Positions 10,953 through 21,698 of a stretch of 64,000 bases of DNA are shown here, piece after piece (the first letter of the stretch is position 1; each line of letters starts with the position of its first letter). The notes under the pieces were generated by a model, which saw only the letters and a list, made by a program, of their open reading frames with translations, made no database searches and was not told where the DNA came from. Source of the stretch: an uncultured Methanoregulaceae archaeon (GTDB taxonomy: Archaea > Halobacteriota > Methanomicrobia > Methanomicrobiales > Methanospirillaceae); contig OY969564.1 of assembly GCA_963701095.1 (NCBI GenBank), forward strand, positions 1,504,001 to 1,568,000. Reading direction: 5' to 3'. The position numbers and the translations under genes were made by a program.

Positions 10953-11354
10953 TATTTTTTGAACAGTTTCCTAAGAAAGATAGAGCCCGCTTCACGCCAC
11001 CTTATTCCTTTTGACTTCTTTTCCCTCTTTATAAGATCATTCTTAGCACTAGGAATTGGTGGTTCCTTAATCACTTGTTCCCCGGAAATTCGGAGGATAT
11101 TAGTGACAAATGCCAAATTAAATCAATATTTTCCAGTGGAAACAAAGGGGTATACATAGAGATCCATGATTTCTAAATAGGAAGTTATAGACCTCGCACA
11201 GGTCATTCTTGTCAAAAAGAAAGGCAAGATCGTGATTTCTGTCAATCACTCAAACGAAAAGAGGATGCCTTAAGGCCTGCAGGAAACTATGGAGAGCAGG
11301 CAGTACCGGATTAACCGGGATTTCTGCCTGGCTGAAAAATAATAAAATGATTGA

Positions 11355-11570
11355 TTATGCGTTTTTCATCTTGGCTTTTGCGACGAATCCGTCTTTGCCA
11401 ATGTAATACATGAAGCCTTTTTCCTTGGCAATCTTTTCAGTACCGACTTTCTTCTTCTTGCCGGTTTTGTTGTGCTTCATCGGGGCTGCCCATACGTAGC
11501 CGTCTTTCCCGATGAAATACAGGAATCCCTTTTCACGCTGAATTTTTTCTTTTCCAATTTTCTGTCCCAT
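11355..11570 (-). CDS. Small basic CC1-like chromatin/DNA-binding protein with two internal repeats
   Basis: 71 aa, Lys-rich, two copies of EKIx[RK]EKGFxY[FY]IGKDG[YF]V; GAGGTG RBS and TTTATAT box upstream. Confidence 0.75.
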   Translation of the reverse strand: MGQKIGKEKIQREKGFLYFIGKDGYVWAAPMKHNKTGKKKKVGTEKIAKEKGFMYYIGKDGFVAKAKMKNA

Positions 11571-12023
11571 TTAAACACCTCAAAACCACATTTGGGTTTT
11601 GATAATGAAAGTTACCGCCTGATAATATAAAAGGTTTCCGTCGAAAGCACGTCGAAACATGAAATTTGGCCATAATTTTACTGGTATTTTCGATATTGTG
11701 GCGCACTATTAACCCCGATTTGAAAAGCCATATTATAGCCCTGTTTTCAAAAATACGCCACTTTAAAGGCGCAATACGGATTATCCCATCGAAAATGCTC
11801 CAGCATGAAACGATGCTTAAGCGCAGTACCCTGCCACTCCTGCGGCATTCCTAAATTTAACATATTGTTAAAAAGACGGACTGATGTTGGAAGGGTAGTG
11901 AAAATTCATAAACAACGAAAGCAGAAATGCCTTGAAAAGCAGTTTTCTATCGTGGATGTAGATTTCAGACAGAAACACGCAATTTTATGGATTGCCGATT
12001 ACCATAATAAAAGGAGTCTGCCC

Positions 12024-13145
12024 ATGTATTTCCATCTCATCCTCACTGATGACTGTAACCTCTGCTGTCTCTACTGCCGGGCAAAAGCATTCGAGGATGA
12101 AACATCACCGGAAAATGTGGAAATTGAGGTCGATACCAACCTTTCGCCGGACCTAACTTACGATCTCAAGCTGCTTTACCGTTTCCTTAGCCGGGATCCT
12201 GCACCCACCCTTACATTTTATGGCGGCGAGCCGCTCCTCAGGCGCGGCTTGGTCGAAAAAATTGTTACCGAGGCACCAGTACAACGGTTCATGATACAGA
12301 CAAACGGTGTCCTACTTGATAGACTCGATAAGGAGATTACCAATCAAATCTCGACGATCCTTGTCTCTATTGACGGGCGCGAAGCCCTCACTGACGAAAA
12401 TCGGGGAACCGGTGTTTTTAAGCAAGTGATGAAGAACGTGAAAAAAATCCGGTCAAACGGTTATCGTGGCGAATTAATCGCCCGGATGACTGTAACTGAA
12501 CGTACTGAAATTTTCGATGAGGTCTGGTATCTCGCAGAAAACCCGGAATTTCCTTTTTCTTCTATTCACTGGCAGATGGATGCAAACTTCTCATGGGATC
12601 TTTCACGCCGCCAGTTTGCAGAATGGGTAGATCAGAAATATAACCCCGGCATTCGTGCTCTTGTCAAATCCTGGGTCGATGATATGGAACAGTACGGTCG
12701 TGTCAGGTGCTGGTATCCCTTCATTGATCCAATGGAAGATCTCCTGTACGGAAAAGAGAGCCTCCTTCGGTGCGGAGCAGGACACGCAAATTATACGATT
12801 ATGGCCGACGGCAACATTGCACCCTGCCCGATTATGATCGGGATGAAAACCTATTATGTCGGTCATATCGAGAATGCAGATCCCAATAACCTGCCCCGAA
12901 TACCAATAGAAGGTGAATGCACCACATGTGGCATTCGTACGTTCTGTGGTGGGCGTTGCCTTTATTCTACTATTATACATCCCTGGAACCAAGAGGGCCG
13001 TCAGCTGGTGTGTAGTACCGTGGAAAATCTGCGTCAGGCACTTGCGGAAGAATTTCCGCGAGTGCGGTCTCTTGTTGAATCAGGTCGCATTAAAATGTCA
13101 GATTTCGTCCATGAAAAGTATAACGGGTGCGAAATAATTCCATGA
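12024..13145 (+). CDS. Radical SAM/SPASM protein, AF0577 (TIGR04084)-like
   Basis: CNLCCLYC, YGGEPLL, SPASM cysteines CGAG/PCP/CTTC...CGGRC and terminal NGCEIIP; AAGGAG before the ATG. Confidence 0.88.
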   Translation: MYFHLILTDDCNLCCLYCRAKAFEDETSPENVEIEVDTNLSPDLTYDLKLLYRFLSRDPAPTLTFYGGEPLLRRGLVEKIVTEAPVQRFMIQTNGVLLDRLDKEITNQISTILVSIDGREALTDENRGTGVFKQVMKNVKKIRSNGYRGELIARMTVTERTEIFDEVWYLAENPEFPFSSIHWQMDANFSWDLSRRQFAEWVDQKYNPGIRALVKSWVDDMEQYGRVRCWYPFIDPMEDLLYGKESLLRCGAGHANYTIMADGNIAPCPIMIGMKTYYVGHIENADPNNLPRIPIEGECTTCGIRTFCGGRCLYSTIIHPWNQEGRQLVCSTVENLRQALAEEFPRVRSLVESGRIKMSDFVHEKYNGCEIIP

Positions 13146-13219
13146 AATGGCAAAAACCTTGTCTGATGCAGATGTATTTATACTCAGTGAAACGATGAAT
13201 ATGTGCAGATATAAACTGC

Positions 13220-13399
13220 ATGAGTAATACAATGGAAAGAAAAGGATTTGGCGGCCCGAGAAATTTCGGTCCCAGAGAAATGACAAAGACGGTCTGTTCA
13301 GACTGTGGAAAAGAGTGCGAAGTTCCCTTCAAGCCAACTGAAGGTAGGCCGGTTTACTGCAGGGACTGCCTGCCTAAACACCGGAAACCCCGGTTCTAA
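13220..13399 (+). CDS. CxxC-x17-CxxC domain protein (not in the ORF track; start may be 13232)
   Basis: Translated by hand: ...PREMTKTVCSDCGKECEVPFKPTEGRPVYCRDCLPKHRKPRF, with exactly 17 residues between the CxxC pairs. Confidence 0.93.
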   Translation: MSNTMERKGFGGPRNFGPREMTKTVCSDCGKECEVPFKPTEGRPVYCRDCLPKHRKPRF

Positions 13400-13489
13400 T
13401 TGCAAAAATTTATTCTTTTTTTAGGTTTTCCATCGTTCTTTGTGCCTCGACAGGCCGGTATATTACCTGATCCTGCAATAGCTGCAATC

Positions 13490-13723
13490 ATGGCTTGTTC
13501 ATGGTCTGAAGCATTGGCATTAGCCAGGGAAAAAAATCTTCCGCAGGTCTATCATGACTGCGATACTGATATTTATGGTGCCTGCCACGAGGGCGAACCG
13601 CAGGGAAGTTTCAGGAATGGTATTTTTTCAGAGCATCGGTGCATCTGTATGCCAGTGAGCCTATCTCCTGAAGAACTTGCGAAAAAAGAAAAGAAATTCC
13701 GGACAGAAAATCCCGAATGGTGA
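13490..13723 (+). CDS. Small Cys/His-containing hypothetical protein
   Basis: 77 aa ORF MACSWSEA...HDCD..GAC...HRCICMP...ENPEW. Confidence 0.65.
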   Translation: MACSWSEALALAREKNLPQVYHDCDTDIYGACHEGEPQGSFRNGIFSEHRCICMPVSLSPEELAKKEKKFRTENPEW

Positions 13724-13790
13724 AATGACAGCCTGATAGTAAAATTTCCAAAACGGTCTGTGACTATTTTATTATCGTATATCGCATGAT

Positions 13791-14385
13791 TTACCGTCGC
13801 CGGATCTCTTCCCGGAACCGGTGAATTATTTCATATAGCATCATTCGTAATTCTGCACTTACATCTTCCCAGGATTTCGGGGATAATGATTGCACAAAAG
13901 AAGTGGAATCACCAGCGTGAACTACAGTTTCAGATTCATCACGTATTCTGGCTTTTGCCCAAAGATCGCATATGATCTCATAGTAGCCAGCTGAGTAGTA
14001 CGATAATGAAGACTATCGGCACAATAACAAAGGAAAGCAGCCAGAAGTAATGGTAAATATTGTTACCGGTAGCTGTGTCAACCCACTCAAAAACCCGGAG
14101 AACAAACGCAATGACAAAAACACTACCTATCGCTTTAATAATCGGGGCGGGCAGGTTTAGCGGGAAGGGAAACGCACCGAAAATATCGCCGACGAAGATA
14201 ATTACACCGATAAGGATTAACAGCCAGAAATTCAGGTTTAGAAAATCCACACCGGCGTGGTAAAGTGGATTTCCCACATAAAAAGTAAGGATATTTGCCA
14301 GAACGACGATGATCAGGAAACAAATGATTCCAATCATCCGTGAAACAAAAATCCACCCGAGCGAGTGCTGTTTGTGCGGCCACAT
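13791..14385 (-). CDS. Hypothetical multi-pass membrane protein (frameshift at ~13993)
   Basis: About four hydrophobic helices; continues in the shifted frame GYYEIICDLW...KSWEDVSAELRMMLYEIIHRFREEIRRR to the stop at 13791. Confidence 0.7.
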
Positions 14386-14499
14386 GGATACTCACATAAG
14401 CGTGTATTTCATACTATTTGTCGGCGAGGTATATAGTCCTCATCCACTACGTTTGCAGGCTACACAATCCCTTTAATAATCCAATCTAAAGATACCTGC

Positions 14500-14871
14500 A
14501 TGCGGATAAATTTCAAACGGTATGCACTTTACCTGCTCCGGTGGCAAGCGAGTACACCGATCCTTGCAGGTGTCGGCATCCTTCTTGCAGAAATGGGGTA
14601 TCTGATTGCTGCTGTCATAGCTAACCTCATTGGCGGCCTTATTTTCTTCTGGGTGGATCAGTTTATCTTTACGTCACAGACGCTAGCAGCACAGTGGGAT
14701 GTAAAAGAGAACATTACCTGTGTAGACTGCGGCAGGGTTGCACGGGGATATAGGCTTGTTCGATCAGGAGATTATGATAAAACGAACGATGTCGTACCAG
14801 AATTCCGGTGTGAGGAATGCTCTAAAAAGAAGGCGGAAGAACTCCGAAACAGGGGAATAAAAACAGAATGA
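14500..14871 (+). CDS. Hypothetical protein: GtrA-like two-helix membrane region plus CxxC/CxxC Zn finger
   Basis: Two hydrophobic helices, then CVDC...CEEC. Confidence 0.7.
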   Translation: MRINFKRYALYLLRWQASTPILAGVGILLAEMGYLIAAVIANLIGGLIFFWVDQFIFTSQTLAAQWDVKENITCVDCGRVARGYRLVRSGDYDKTNDVVPEFRCEECSKKKAEELRNRGIKTE

Positions 14872-15063
14872 TTTTTTAGGTTTTAAGGCTTGCATAATTC
14901 GAAGATTCGGGTGAAGAAATTTATTTATTTATTTTGCTTCTTTTTCGCGGGTAACCCCCAGTTAATATAAACCTATTTTCAGGCACATTCGGTCCTTAAA
15001 AAATCCGTTTTTATACATCGATGAGGTTATTCTGCTTTAACACCCCACATAAAATAACAATAA

Positions 15064-15079
15064 TGTATAAATATGTACA
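15064..15079 (+). promoter_or_regulatory. Tandem TRP boxes (TGTATA-N4-TGTACA) overlapping a TATAAATA box, candidate TrpY operator
   Basis: Sequence TGTATAaataTGTACA upstream of trpE; matches the TGTACA consensus known for methanogen TrpY. Confidence 0.6.
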
Positions 15080-15155
15080 ACAACAACCAAAACTAAGCAT
15101 TGAAGCCGATAAATGTGGCTTCCTCAGGATCTTTAAAAAGCCGGATAATGTGAAA

Positions 15156-16747
15156 ATGCAGGCCAGAATACACTACCCTTACCTTCGTCATGGTGGAAAT
15201 CTGGTAGCTTATAATGAAACAAACAAGGAGCATGATATCATTCAGACCACACTTAACCTGGGACCAGATGAATACCTCACTGCCGTAACAAATCAGCCAA
15301 AACCGTTAGTGATCCCTCTCTGCGCCGAACTCCCTCTTCCGCACTGTTCACCGCTTGATGTGTTTTTAAAGACGCAGACAGGATCCGGGTTCCTTCTTGA
15401 ATCTATGGAAGGAAGCGAAAAGATCGCTCGATACTCATATGTAGGAATTGATCCCGCCTGCGTCATCACCCTTGGTAAGGAAATATCTGTTACCGGTAGC
15501 GATGCATTTGTTGCCATTGCCCGTGAGCCAGAGGGAACCAACCCGGTTGACAGGATCCGGTCTATTTTGTCCCGGTTTCATTATATTAATCTCAAAGCCC
15601 CAAGGTTTTTCGGCGGAATGGTGGGGTACTTTTCTTACGATATTGTACATACACTTTTTGACAAGGTGCCGGAACACAGGAGCAGGCCATCTCAGGAAAC
15701 TCCCGATGCCAGGTTCATGCTGACCAAAGACTGCATCGTTTTCGACCACTGTGATCGCAGGCTTTTTGTTTTCTCGAGCCCGTTCCTGACTTATGACACG
15801 GATCCGATGGCGGAATACCGGCGGTGCGCCGCACACATTGCTGAATTATCAGACCAAATCACGTCTATTGCCGACCTTCCTGCAAAGATAGTTAATAGCC
15901 AATCAAAAAATTCTCCGCATGTAGCTGACAATACCGGCCGTGAAGCATTCACAAATGCAGTAAATGAGATTAAAGATCACATTGTTGCGGGAGATATATT
16001 TCAGGCAGTACTTTCACGGCGAATGGAATGTGCAGTCGGGTCAGATCCGTTCCCGATCTATACTGCGTTGCGGGCAATCAACCCGAGCCCTTATATGTAC
16101 TACCTTGATTTCGGAGACGAACAGGTAATCGGAGCAAGCCCTGAAATGCTTGTGCGGGTGGAGAGACGCAGGGTAACAACTGTACCTATCGCCGGCACCC
16201 GGCCCAGAGGCGTTGACAGGAACGAGGATGAAAAATTTGCCCGGGAACTGCTGCTTGACAGGAAGGAACGGGCTGAACATACGATGCTTGTTGATCTTGC
16301 ACGAAACGATGTAGGTAGGGTGTGCAAGTTCGGGTCTGTCGATGTTACTGAGTTTATGGGCGTAGAGAAGTTTTCCCACGTCCAGCACATGGTCTCGACG
16401 GTCCAAGGAATGCTTATGGACCATCTTGACTGTTATGATGCATTTAAATCCTGCTTCCCGGCCGGGACTGTTTCCGGTGCCCGAAGATCCGCGCTATGCA
16501 GATAATCAGCGAGACTGAACCGGATACCCGTGGTCTCTATGCAGGTGCCGTGGGTTATATCGGCTTTGACCGGAACCTCGAATTTGCCATAGCGATCAGG
16601 ACAGTAAGCGTGAAAAATGGAAGGGCGTATATCCAGACTGGCGCCGGGATCGTTGCTGACTCGGTCCCGGAAAACGAGTGGATCGAAACCGAAAACAAGG
16701 CAGCTGCGATGTTACGGGCAATAGATCTGGCCGGTGTCGAGCCATGA
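15156..16747 (+). CDS. trpE: Anthranilate synthase component I (start uncertain; one C missing at ~16481)
   Basis: FLLES, GDIFQAVLS, NPSPYMY and ERAEHTMLVDLARND; restoring one C gives FPAGTVSGAPKIRAMQII. Confidence 0.95.
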
Positions 16748-17337
16748 GTGCTCCCACGGTCCTTATCGTTGACTGTTACGACAGTTTCACGTTCAACCTG
16801 TATCAGCAGGTAGGAAAACTTGGTGCCCGCCCTGTAGTAGTTACCTGTGACACGAAACTTTCGCAGCTTAAAAAAATCAGCGTAGATCGGATAATCCTCT
16901 CGCCGGGCCCTGGAGCACCTGAAGATTCCGGAGTCTGTATTGAGGTTATTGATACTTTGAGTAAAACGATCCCGACGCTCGGTGTTTGTCTTGGCCACCA
17001 GGCCATTTGTACGGCGTTTGGCGGCCGTGTAACCCGGTCAGGACACCTTATGCACGGCTTGACTTCGATGATTAAAAGTGATGGGAAGGGGGTTTATAAA
17101 GGATTACCTGTCCCATTTACAGCAACACGGTACCACTCTCTTGTTGCCCAAAGGGAGACCCTGCCTCCTGAACTTGAAGTTGTTTCAGAAAGCCTCGACG
17201 ATGGGTTTGTGATGGGTGTAAGACATACAAAATACCCTATCGAGGGCGTGCAATTCCACCCGGAGAGCATCCTGTCGCATGATGGTGACGCACTTATGAA
17301 AAATTTCCTGTTTGGACCTCGGAGTGATCCCACATGA
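16744..17337 (+). CDS. trpG: Anthranilate synthase component II
   Basis: [27 protein letters not shown] and QFHPES. Confidence 0.96.
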   Translation: MSAPTVLIVDCYDSFTFNLYQQVGKLGARPVVVTCDTKLSQLKKISVDRIILSPGPGAPEDSGVCIEVIDTLSKTIPTLGVCLGHQAICTAFGGRVTRSGHLMHGLTSMIKSDGKGVYKGLPVPFTATRYHSLVAQRETLPPELEVVSESLDDGFVMGVRHTKYPIEGVQFHPESILSHDGDALMKNFLFGPRSDPT

Positions 17338-18353
17338 CTATGAGGGAAGCCATTGAAATCGTCGTGGATGGAAAGGACCTGACACCTGAAAAAGCGGCCG
17401 AAGTTATGGATGAAATCATGGGGGGACGTGCAACGCCGGCCCAGATTGGCGGGTTTCTGACAGCACTCCGTATAAAAGGCGAAACGCCGGATGAAATCGC
17501 TGCGTTTGCCCGTGTGATGCGAAACCATGCAATCAGCATAAACCCGCAGGTTCCAGGAACCCTAGTAGATACCTGCGGAACGGGAGGCGACAGATCGCAG
17601 ACATTTAACATTAGTACCGCAGCCGCTTTTGTTGCAGCCGGAGCTGGTGTCTTTGTCGTCAAACATGGCAACCGGGGTGTAAGTAGCCGCTGCGGATCAG
17701 CTGACGTTTTGTCTGCCCTTGATGTAAACATCGGTATAGATCCGTGCCGGCAGGCAGAAATTATTAAGAATATCGGTATTGCTTTCCTTTTTGCACCTAA
17801 CTACCACCCGGCCATGAAGCATGTTATGGCAGCGCGTCACGATCTTGGCTGCCGGACCGTCTTTAATATCCTTGGCCCGCTTGCAAATCCGGCTGGTGCA
17901 AAAGCGCAGCTGCTTGGAGTTTACACCAGTACTATTACCTCGACCGTCGCCGAGGTTTTACACATTCTGGGAATATCCCGGGCTATGGTTGTTCACGGCA
18001 ATGGGCTTGATGAGATAACCGTCACTGGAGAGACCGATGTAACGGAACTTGGTGGCGGTCGGATCACAAAATATGTCATTACCCCGGAAATGTTTGGTCT
18101 TCCCCGGTCATGTCCCAATGATCTTCTCGGCGGCAATCCTGATGAAAATGCAAATATTATCCGGGATATTCTTACCGGGAAAAAAGGCCCAACCCGCGAT
18201 ATCGTTCTAATGAATGCCGGAGCTGCAATCTATGTAAGTGGCAGTGCCACAACACTTACGGAAGGAATCCGTTGTGCAGCTGCATCAATTGACTCGGGGC
18301 GAGCGCAGAAAAAACTGGACGCACTTATCGGTGCGACACGAGGTGCATCATGA
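17334..18353 (+). CDS. trpD: Anthranilate phosphoribosyltransferase
   Basis: [18 protein letters not shown] and GLDEI. Confidence 0.97.
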   Translation: MTMREAIEIVVDGKDLTPEKAAEVMDEIMGGRATPAQIGGFLTALRIKGETPDEIAAFARVMRNHAISINPQVPGTLVDTCGTGGDRSQTFNISTAAAFVAAGAGVFVVKHGNRGVSSRCGSADVLSALDVNIGIDPCRQAEIIKNIGIAFLFAPNYHPAMKHVMAARHDLGCRTVFNILGPLANPAGAKAQLLGVYTSTITSTVAEVLHILGISRAMVVHGNGLDEITVTGETDVTELGGGRITKYVITPEMFGLPRSCPNDLLGGNPDENANIIRDILTGKKGPTRDIVLMNAGAAIYVSGSATTLTEGIRCAAASIDSGRAQKKLDALIGATRGAS

Positions 18354-19105
18354 TTCTTGATGACATTATTAGTCGTACTAAAAAGAGGGTTGACAAGTTA
18401 CCTGACACGTTCCCGAAGTTGGATGGATTCTGCCACGCAAGCCTTGAAGCGGCCATCCGTTCTGCAGGACAAAAGAACCCGGTAATCGCCGAAATCAAAT
18501 GTACCTCCCCCTCAAGCGGGATCATCCGAAGAAACGTCGACATTTCGATGATGGCCGGGGTCCTCTCGGATGGCGGCTGTGTCGCGATCTCTGTTCTTAC
18601 AGAGCCCTTCTTTTTTGGCGGGGTAGGAGCCGATATTGCCCGTGTCAAAAAAGCGGTTCGGGTGCCCGTCCTGCGCAAGGATTTTGTGATCGATGTGCGC
18701 CAAATCCATGAATCAAGGGCGCTCGGTGCTGACGCAGTGCTTCTCATTGCCGCAGTCCTCAAAGACCGGGTTGCTGATTTTGTCGACACCGCGTATGCTG
18801 CCGGTATCGAACCGCTAGTCGAGGTCCACACAGCAGAAGAAGTCGATTACGCCCTTGCCACGAAAGCACAGTTAATAGGAATCAATAACCGGGACTTGTC
18901 GACCATGACCATAAACCGATCAACAACACGAAATCTTACAGAGAGGGTAAGGGAAACTGGCCGTTTAATCGTGTCGGAGAGCGGGATACGATCCGCAGAT
19001 GATGTCCGGGAAATGAGGCCGTACTGCGACGCATTTTTAATCGGCTCATCGATTATGGCTCATGCGGAGCCGGGGAAAAAACTGGAGGAACTCGTATGCG
19101 CGTAA
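18350..19105 (+). CDS. trpC: Indole-3-glycerol phosphate synthase
   Basis: [23 protein letters not shown] and SESGI. Confidence 0.96.
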   Translation: MILDDIISRTKKRVDKLPDTFPKLDGFCHASLEAAIRSAGQKNPVIAEIKCTSPSSGIIRRNVDISMMAGVLSDGGCVAISVLTEPFFFGGVGADIARVKKAVRVPVLRKDFVIDVRQIHESRALGADAVLLIAAVLKDRVADFVDTAYAAGIEPLVEVHTAEEVDYALATKAQLIGINNRDLSTMTINRSTTRNLTERVRETGRLIVSESGIRSADDVREMRPYCDAFLIGSSIMAHAEPGKKLEELVCA

Positions 19106-19674
19106 AGATTTGCGGGATCACCGGATTAGAAGACGCACGGTTCGCAGAAAAAGCCGGAGCTGACGCTATCGGCGTGGTTGTTTTTTCCGGGGGTATTTCA
19201 TGCCGGGATGTTCCTCCAGAAAGGGCACGGAAAATCTTTCACGCGATCGGGCCATTTACAGCGACTATTGCAGTAAGCCATACTAAATCCAAAACAGACC
19301 TTGCACAAATGATTGCCCTTCACCCAACTGCTATCCAAATCTCGTACCCGTTTAAATTCGATGAAAATCCCGGCGTGCGGGTGATCCGTGTAATAGGTAG
19401 TGGTGATCAACTCCCGGACGATTGTGACGCTGTGATTGTCGATAACAGCCATGGAAGAGGAAAAGGATATGATCGTTCATATGCCCGCGATGTGGTTAAA
19501 CATTCAACAATCCCTGTTATCCTGGCGGGAGGTCTCACTCCGGAAAATGTAGGGAATGCAATCCGGGACATCCGGCCTTATGCGGTCGATGTCGCGAGCG
19601 GCGTTGAAGAGAGACCAGGAATAAAAGACCATAATAAAATAGAGGCGTTCATCGCCGCTGCTCGGGAGGAGTAG
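19096..19674 (+). CDS. trpF: Phosphoribosylanthranilate isomerase
   Basis: [17 protein letters not shown] and VDVASGVE. Confidence 0.96.
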   Translation: MRVKICGITGLEDARFAEKAGADAIGVVVFSGGISCRDVPPERARKIFHAIGPFTATIAVSHTKSKTDLAQMIALHPTAIQISYPFKFDENPGVRVIRVIGSGDQLPDDCDAVIVDNSHGRGKGYDRSYARDVVKHSTIPVILAGGLTPENVGNAIRDIRPYAVDVASGVEERPGIKDHNKIEAFIAAAREE

Positions 19675-19675
19675 A

Positions 19676-20842
19676 ATGGAGGGAAAAGGACGATTTGGAA
19701 AGTACGGCGGGCAATATGTACCGGAAACGCTCATGAACGCTCTTATTGAACTTGAGGTAGCTTATACGGATGCCACTCAGGATCCTGCGTTTGATAATGA
19801 GCTTGCTGCGTACCAGTCAGAATATGCGGGACGCCCGACACCGCTCACCTTCTGTGGGAACATGTCCCGGGATCTTGGATTTAAGGTCTACCTGAAACGC
19901 GAAGATCTCGTTCATGGTGGATCGCACAAACTCAATAATACGCTTGGGCAGGCGTTGCTTGCAAAACGCATGGGTAAAAAAAGGCTGATTGCAGAGACCG
20001 GCGCCGGACAGCACGGCGTCGCAACAGCAATTGCCGGGGCTTTTCTGGGGTTTAAGGTCGAAGTGTTTATGGGCGAAATCGACACGAAACGTCAGGCCCT
20101 GAACGTTTTCCGTATGGAACTCATGGGCGCAACGGTCCACCCGGTAACTTCCGGGACACGGACACTCAAAGACGCCACAAATGAGGCTCTGCGCAACTGG
20201 GTGGCTAATGTAAATGATACGCATTACCTTATCGGATCTGTAGTAGGCCCTCACCCATTCCCGACCATTGTGCGGGATTTTCAGTCAGTGATTGGTTGCG
20301 AAGCGCGCAAACAGATTCTGCAAAAAGAGGGACAGATACCAGATGCTATAGTTGCCTGCGTTGGTGGGGGTTCAAACGCGATCGGGATATTCCACCCGTT
20401 CCTTGCTGACGAGGTAGAATTACTTGGTATAGAAGCGGCCGGGAAAGGTCTCGAGACACCGGAGCATTCGGCGACGCTTTGTTCCGGAGATCCGGGTGTC
20501 CTGCATGGTACCCTTTCCTACCTGTTGCAGGATAAAGACGGCCAAGTGCTTCCCACGCACAGTATTGCAGCAGGCCTTGATTACCCGGGCGTGGGCCCCG
20601 AACACGCGATGCTGAAAGACTCACACCGGGTTTCTTATTATGCGGTCAGGGACACGGAGGTTCTGGAAGCATTCCAATACCTGTCGCGAACCGAGGGTAT
20701 TATACCGGCACTTGAATCCTCCCACGCGGTAGCCTATGTTCTTAAAAACGCTCACCGGTTTGACAAGGGCGACGTAGTGATCATCAATCTTTCGGGGAGA
20801 GGAGACAAGGATGTTGCGAGAATGGAACCGGAGGTGGCCTGA
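19676..20842 (+). CDS. trpB: Tryptophan synthase beta chain
   Basis: [24 protein letters not shown] and [11 protein letters not shown]. Confidence 0.98.
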   Translation: MEGKGRFGKYGGQYVPETLMNALIELEVAYTDATQDPAFDNELAAYQSEYAGRPTPLTFCGNMSRDLGFKVYLKREDLVHGGSHKLNNTLGQALLAKRMGKKRLIAETGAGQHGVATAIAGAFLGFKVEVFMGEIDTKRQALNVFRMELMGATVHPVTSGTRTLKDATNEALRNWVANVNDTHYLIGSVVGPHPFPTIVRDFQSVIGCEARKQILQKEGQIPDAIVACVGGGSNAIGIFHPFLADEVELLGIEAAGKGLETPEHSATLCSGDPGVLHGTLSYLLQDKDGQVLPTHSIAAGLDYPGVGPEHAMLKDSHRVSYYAVRDTEVLEAFQYLSRTEGIIPALESSHAVAYVLKNAHRFDKGDVVIINLSGRGDKDVARMEPEVA

Positions 20843-21645
20843 TGGGACGCATTGACGAGGTATTCCGGAAAAAGGGGACGACAGCCTTTATTGGTTTTAC
20901 TGTCGCCGGTGACCCGGATAAGGAAACTTCGATCCGGATCGCAAAGTCGCTGATCGACAGCGGCACCGATATTCTCGAACTTGGTGTACCTTTTTCCGAT
21001 CCGGTCGCCGACGGCCCAACTATCCAACGCGCAGATGACCGGGCTCTTGCCGCCGGGACTACGCCGGATACCATATTCGCTATAGTCCAGGAGATCCGGG
21101 CATATTCTCCCGTTCCGATCGTCTTCCTTACATACTATAATACGATTTATCGCCGTGGGATCGATAGGTTTTACTGCCAGGCGCATGAGGCTGGAGTTGA
21201 CGGTATTCTTGTAGCGGATATGCCGGTAGAAGAATCCGCTGAAGTTGTAGCCGTAGCTTCAAAATACGGAATAGATCCCATCTTTCTCATTGCCCAGACA
21301 ACCTCCGATGACCGTATGGACCGTATTGTGAGCCAGGCAAAAGGATACCTCTACCTGGTCTCGGTGCTCGGTGTTACCGGTGTTCGAAAAACCATAGCAC
21401 CCGAAGCCCTGACACTCCTCCACCGGGTCAGGAAACATACCGATCTCCCCCTTGCCCTTGGTTTTGGGATTTCAACTCCCGAACACCTGATGACCTGTGA
21501 AATGGCCGGTGCCGATGGCGTAATTGTTGGGAGTGCAATCGTTGACCTTGTAGAGAGGCATCTTGATGATCACGATGCGATGGAACATGCCCTTAAGCAG
21601 TATGTCTTCCATATGAAAGATGCTGTAGGAAAATCCATTCCCTGA
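20842..21645 (+). CDS. trpA: Tryptophan synthase alpha chain
   Basis: ELGVPFSDPVADGPTIQ, GVTG and GFGIS. Confidence 0.97.
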   Translation: MGRIDEVFRKKGTTAFIGFTVAGDPDKETSIRIAKSLIDSGTDILELGVPFSDPVADGPTIQRADDRALAAGTTPDTIFAIVQEIRAYSPVPIVFLTYYNTIYRRGIDRFYCQAHEAGVDGILVADMPVEESAEVVAVASKYGIDPIFLIAQTTSDDRMDRIVSQAKGYLYLVSVLGVTGVRKTIAPEALTLLHRVRKHTDLPLALGFGISTPEHLMTCEMAGADGVIVGSAIVDLVERHLDDHDAMEHALKQYVFHMKDAVGKSIP

Positions 21646-21698
21646 TTCAATTCGATCTTTTTTAATGCATTCAGGTAAAACGATAACCGATCTCGATT

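Noticed and set aside
10953..11350. Integrated element downstream of tRNA-Val
   Set aside because: No integrase and no duplicated tRNA 3' end seen; ORFs 10875-11159 and 10898-11116 overlap the tRNA and look spurious
11805..12023. Long N-terminal extensions in the ORF track (also 9640-9777, 15021-15155, 26016-26165, 27464-27661, 40141-40443)
   Set aside because: They run through promoters or neighbouring genes; family motifs and RBS positions indicate downstream starts
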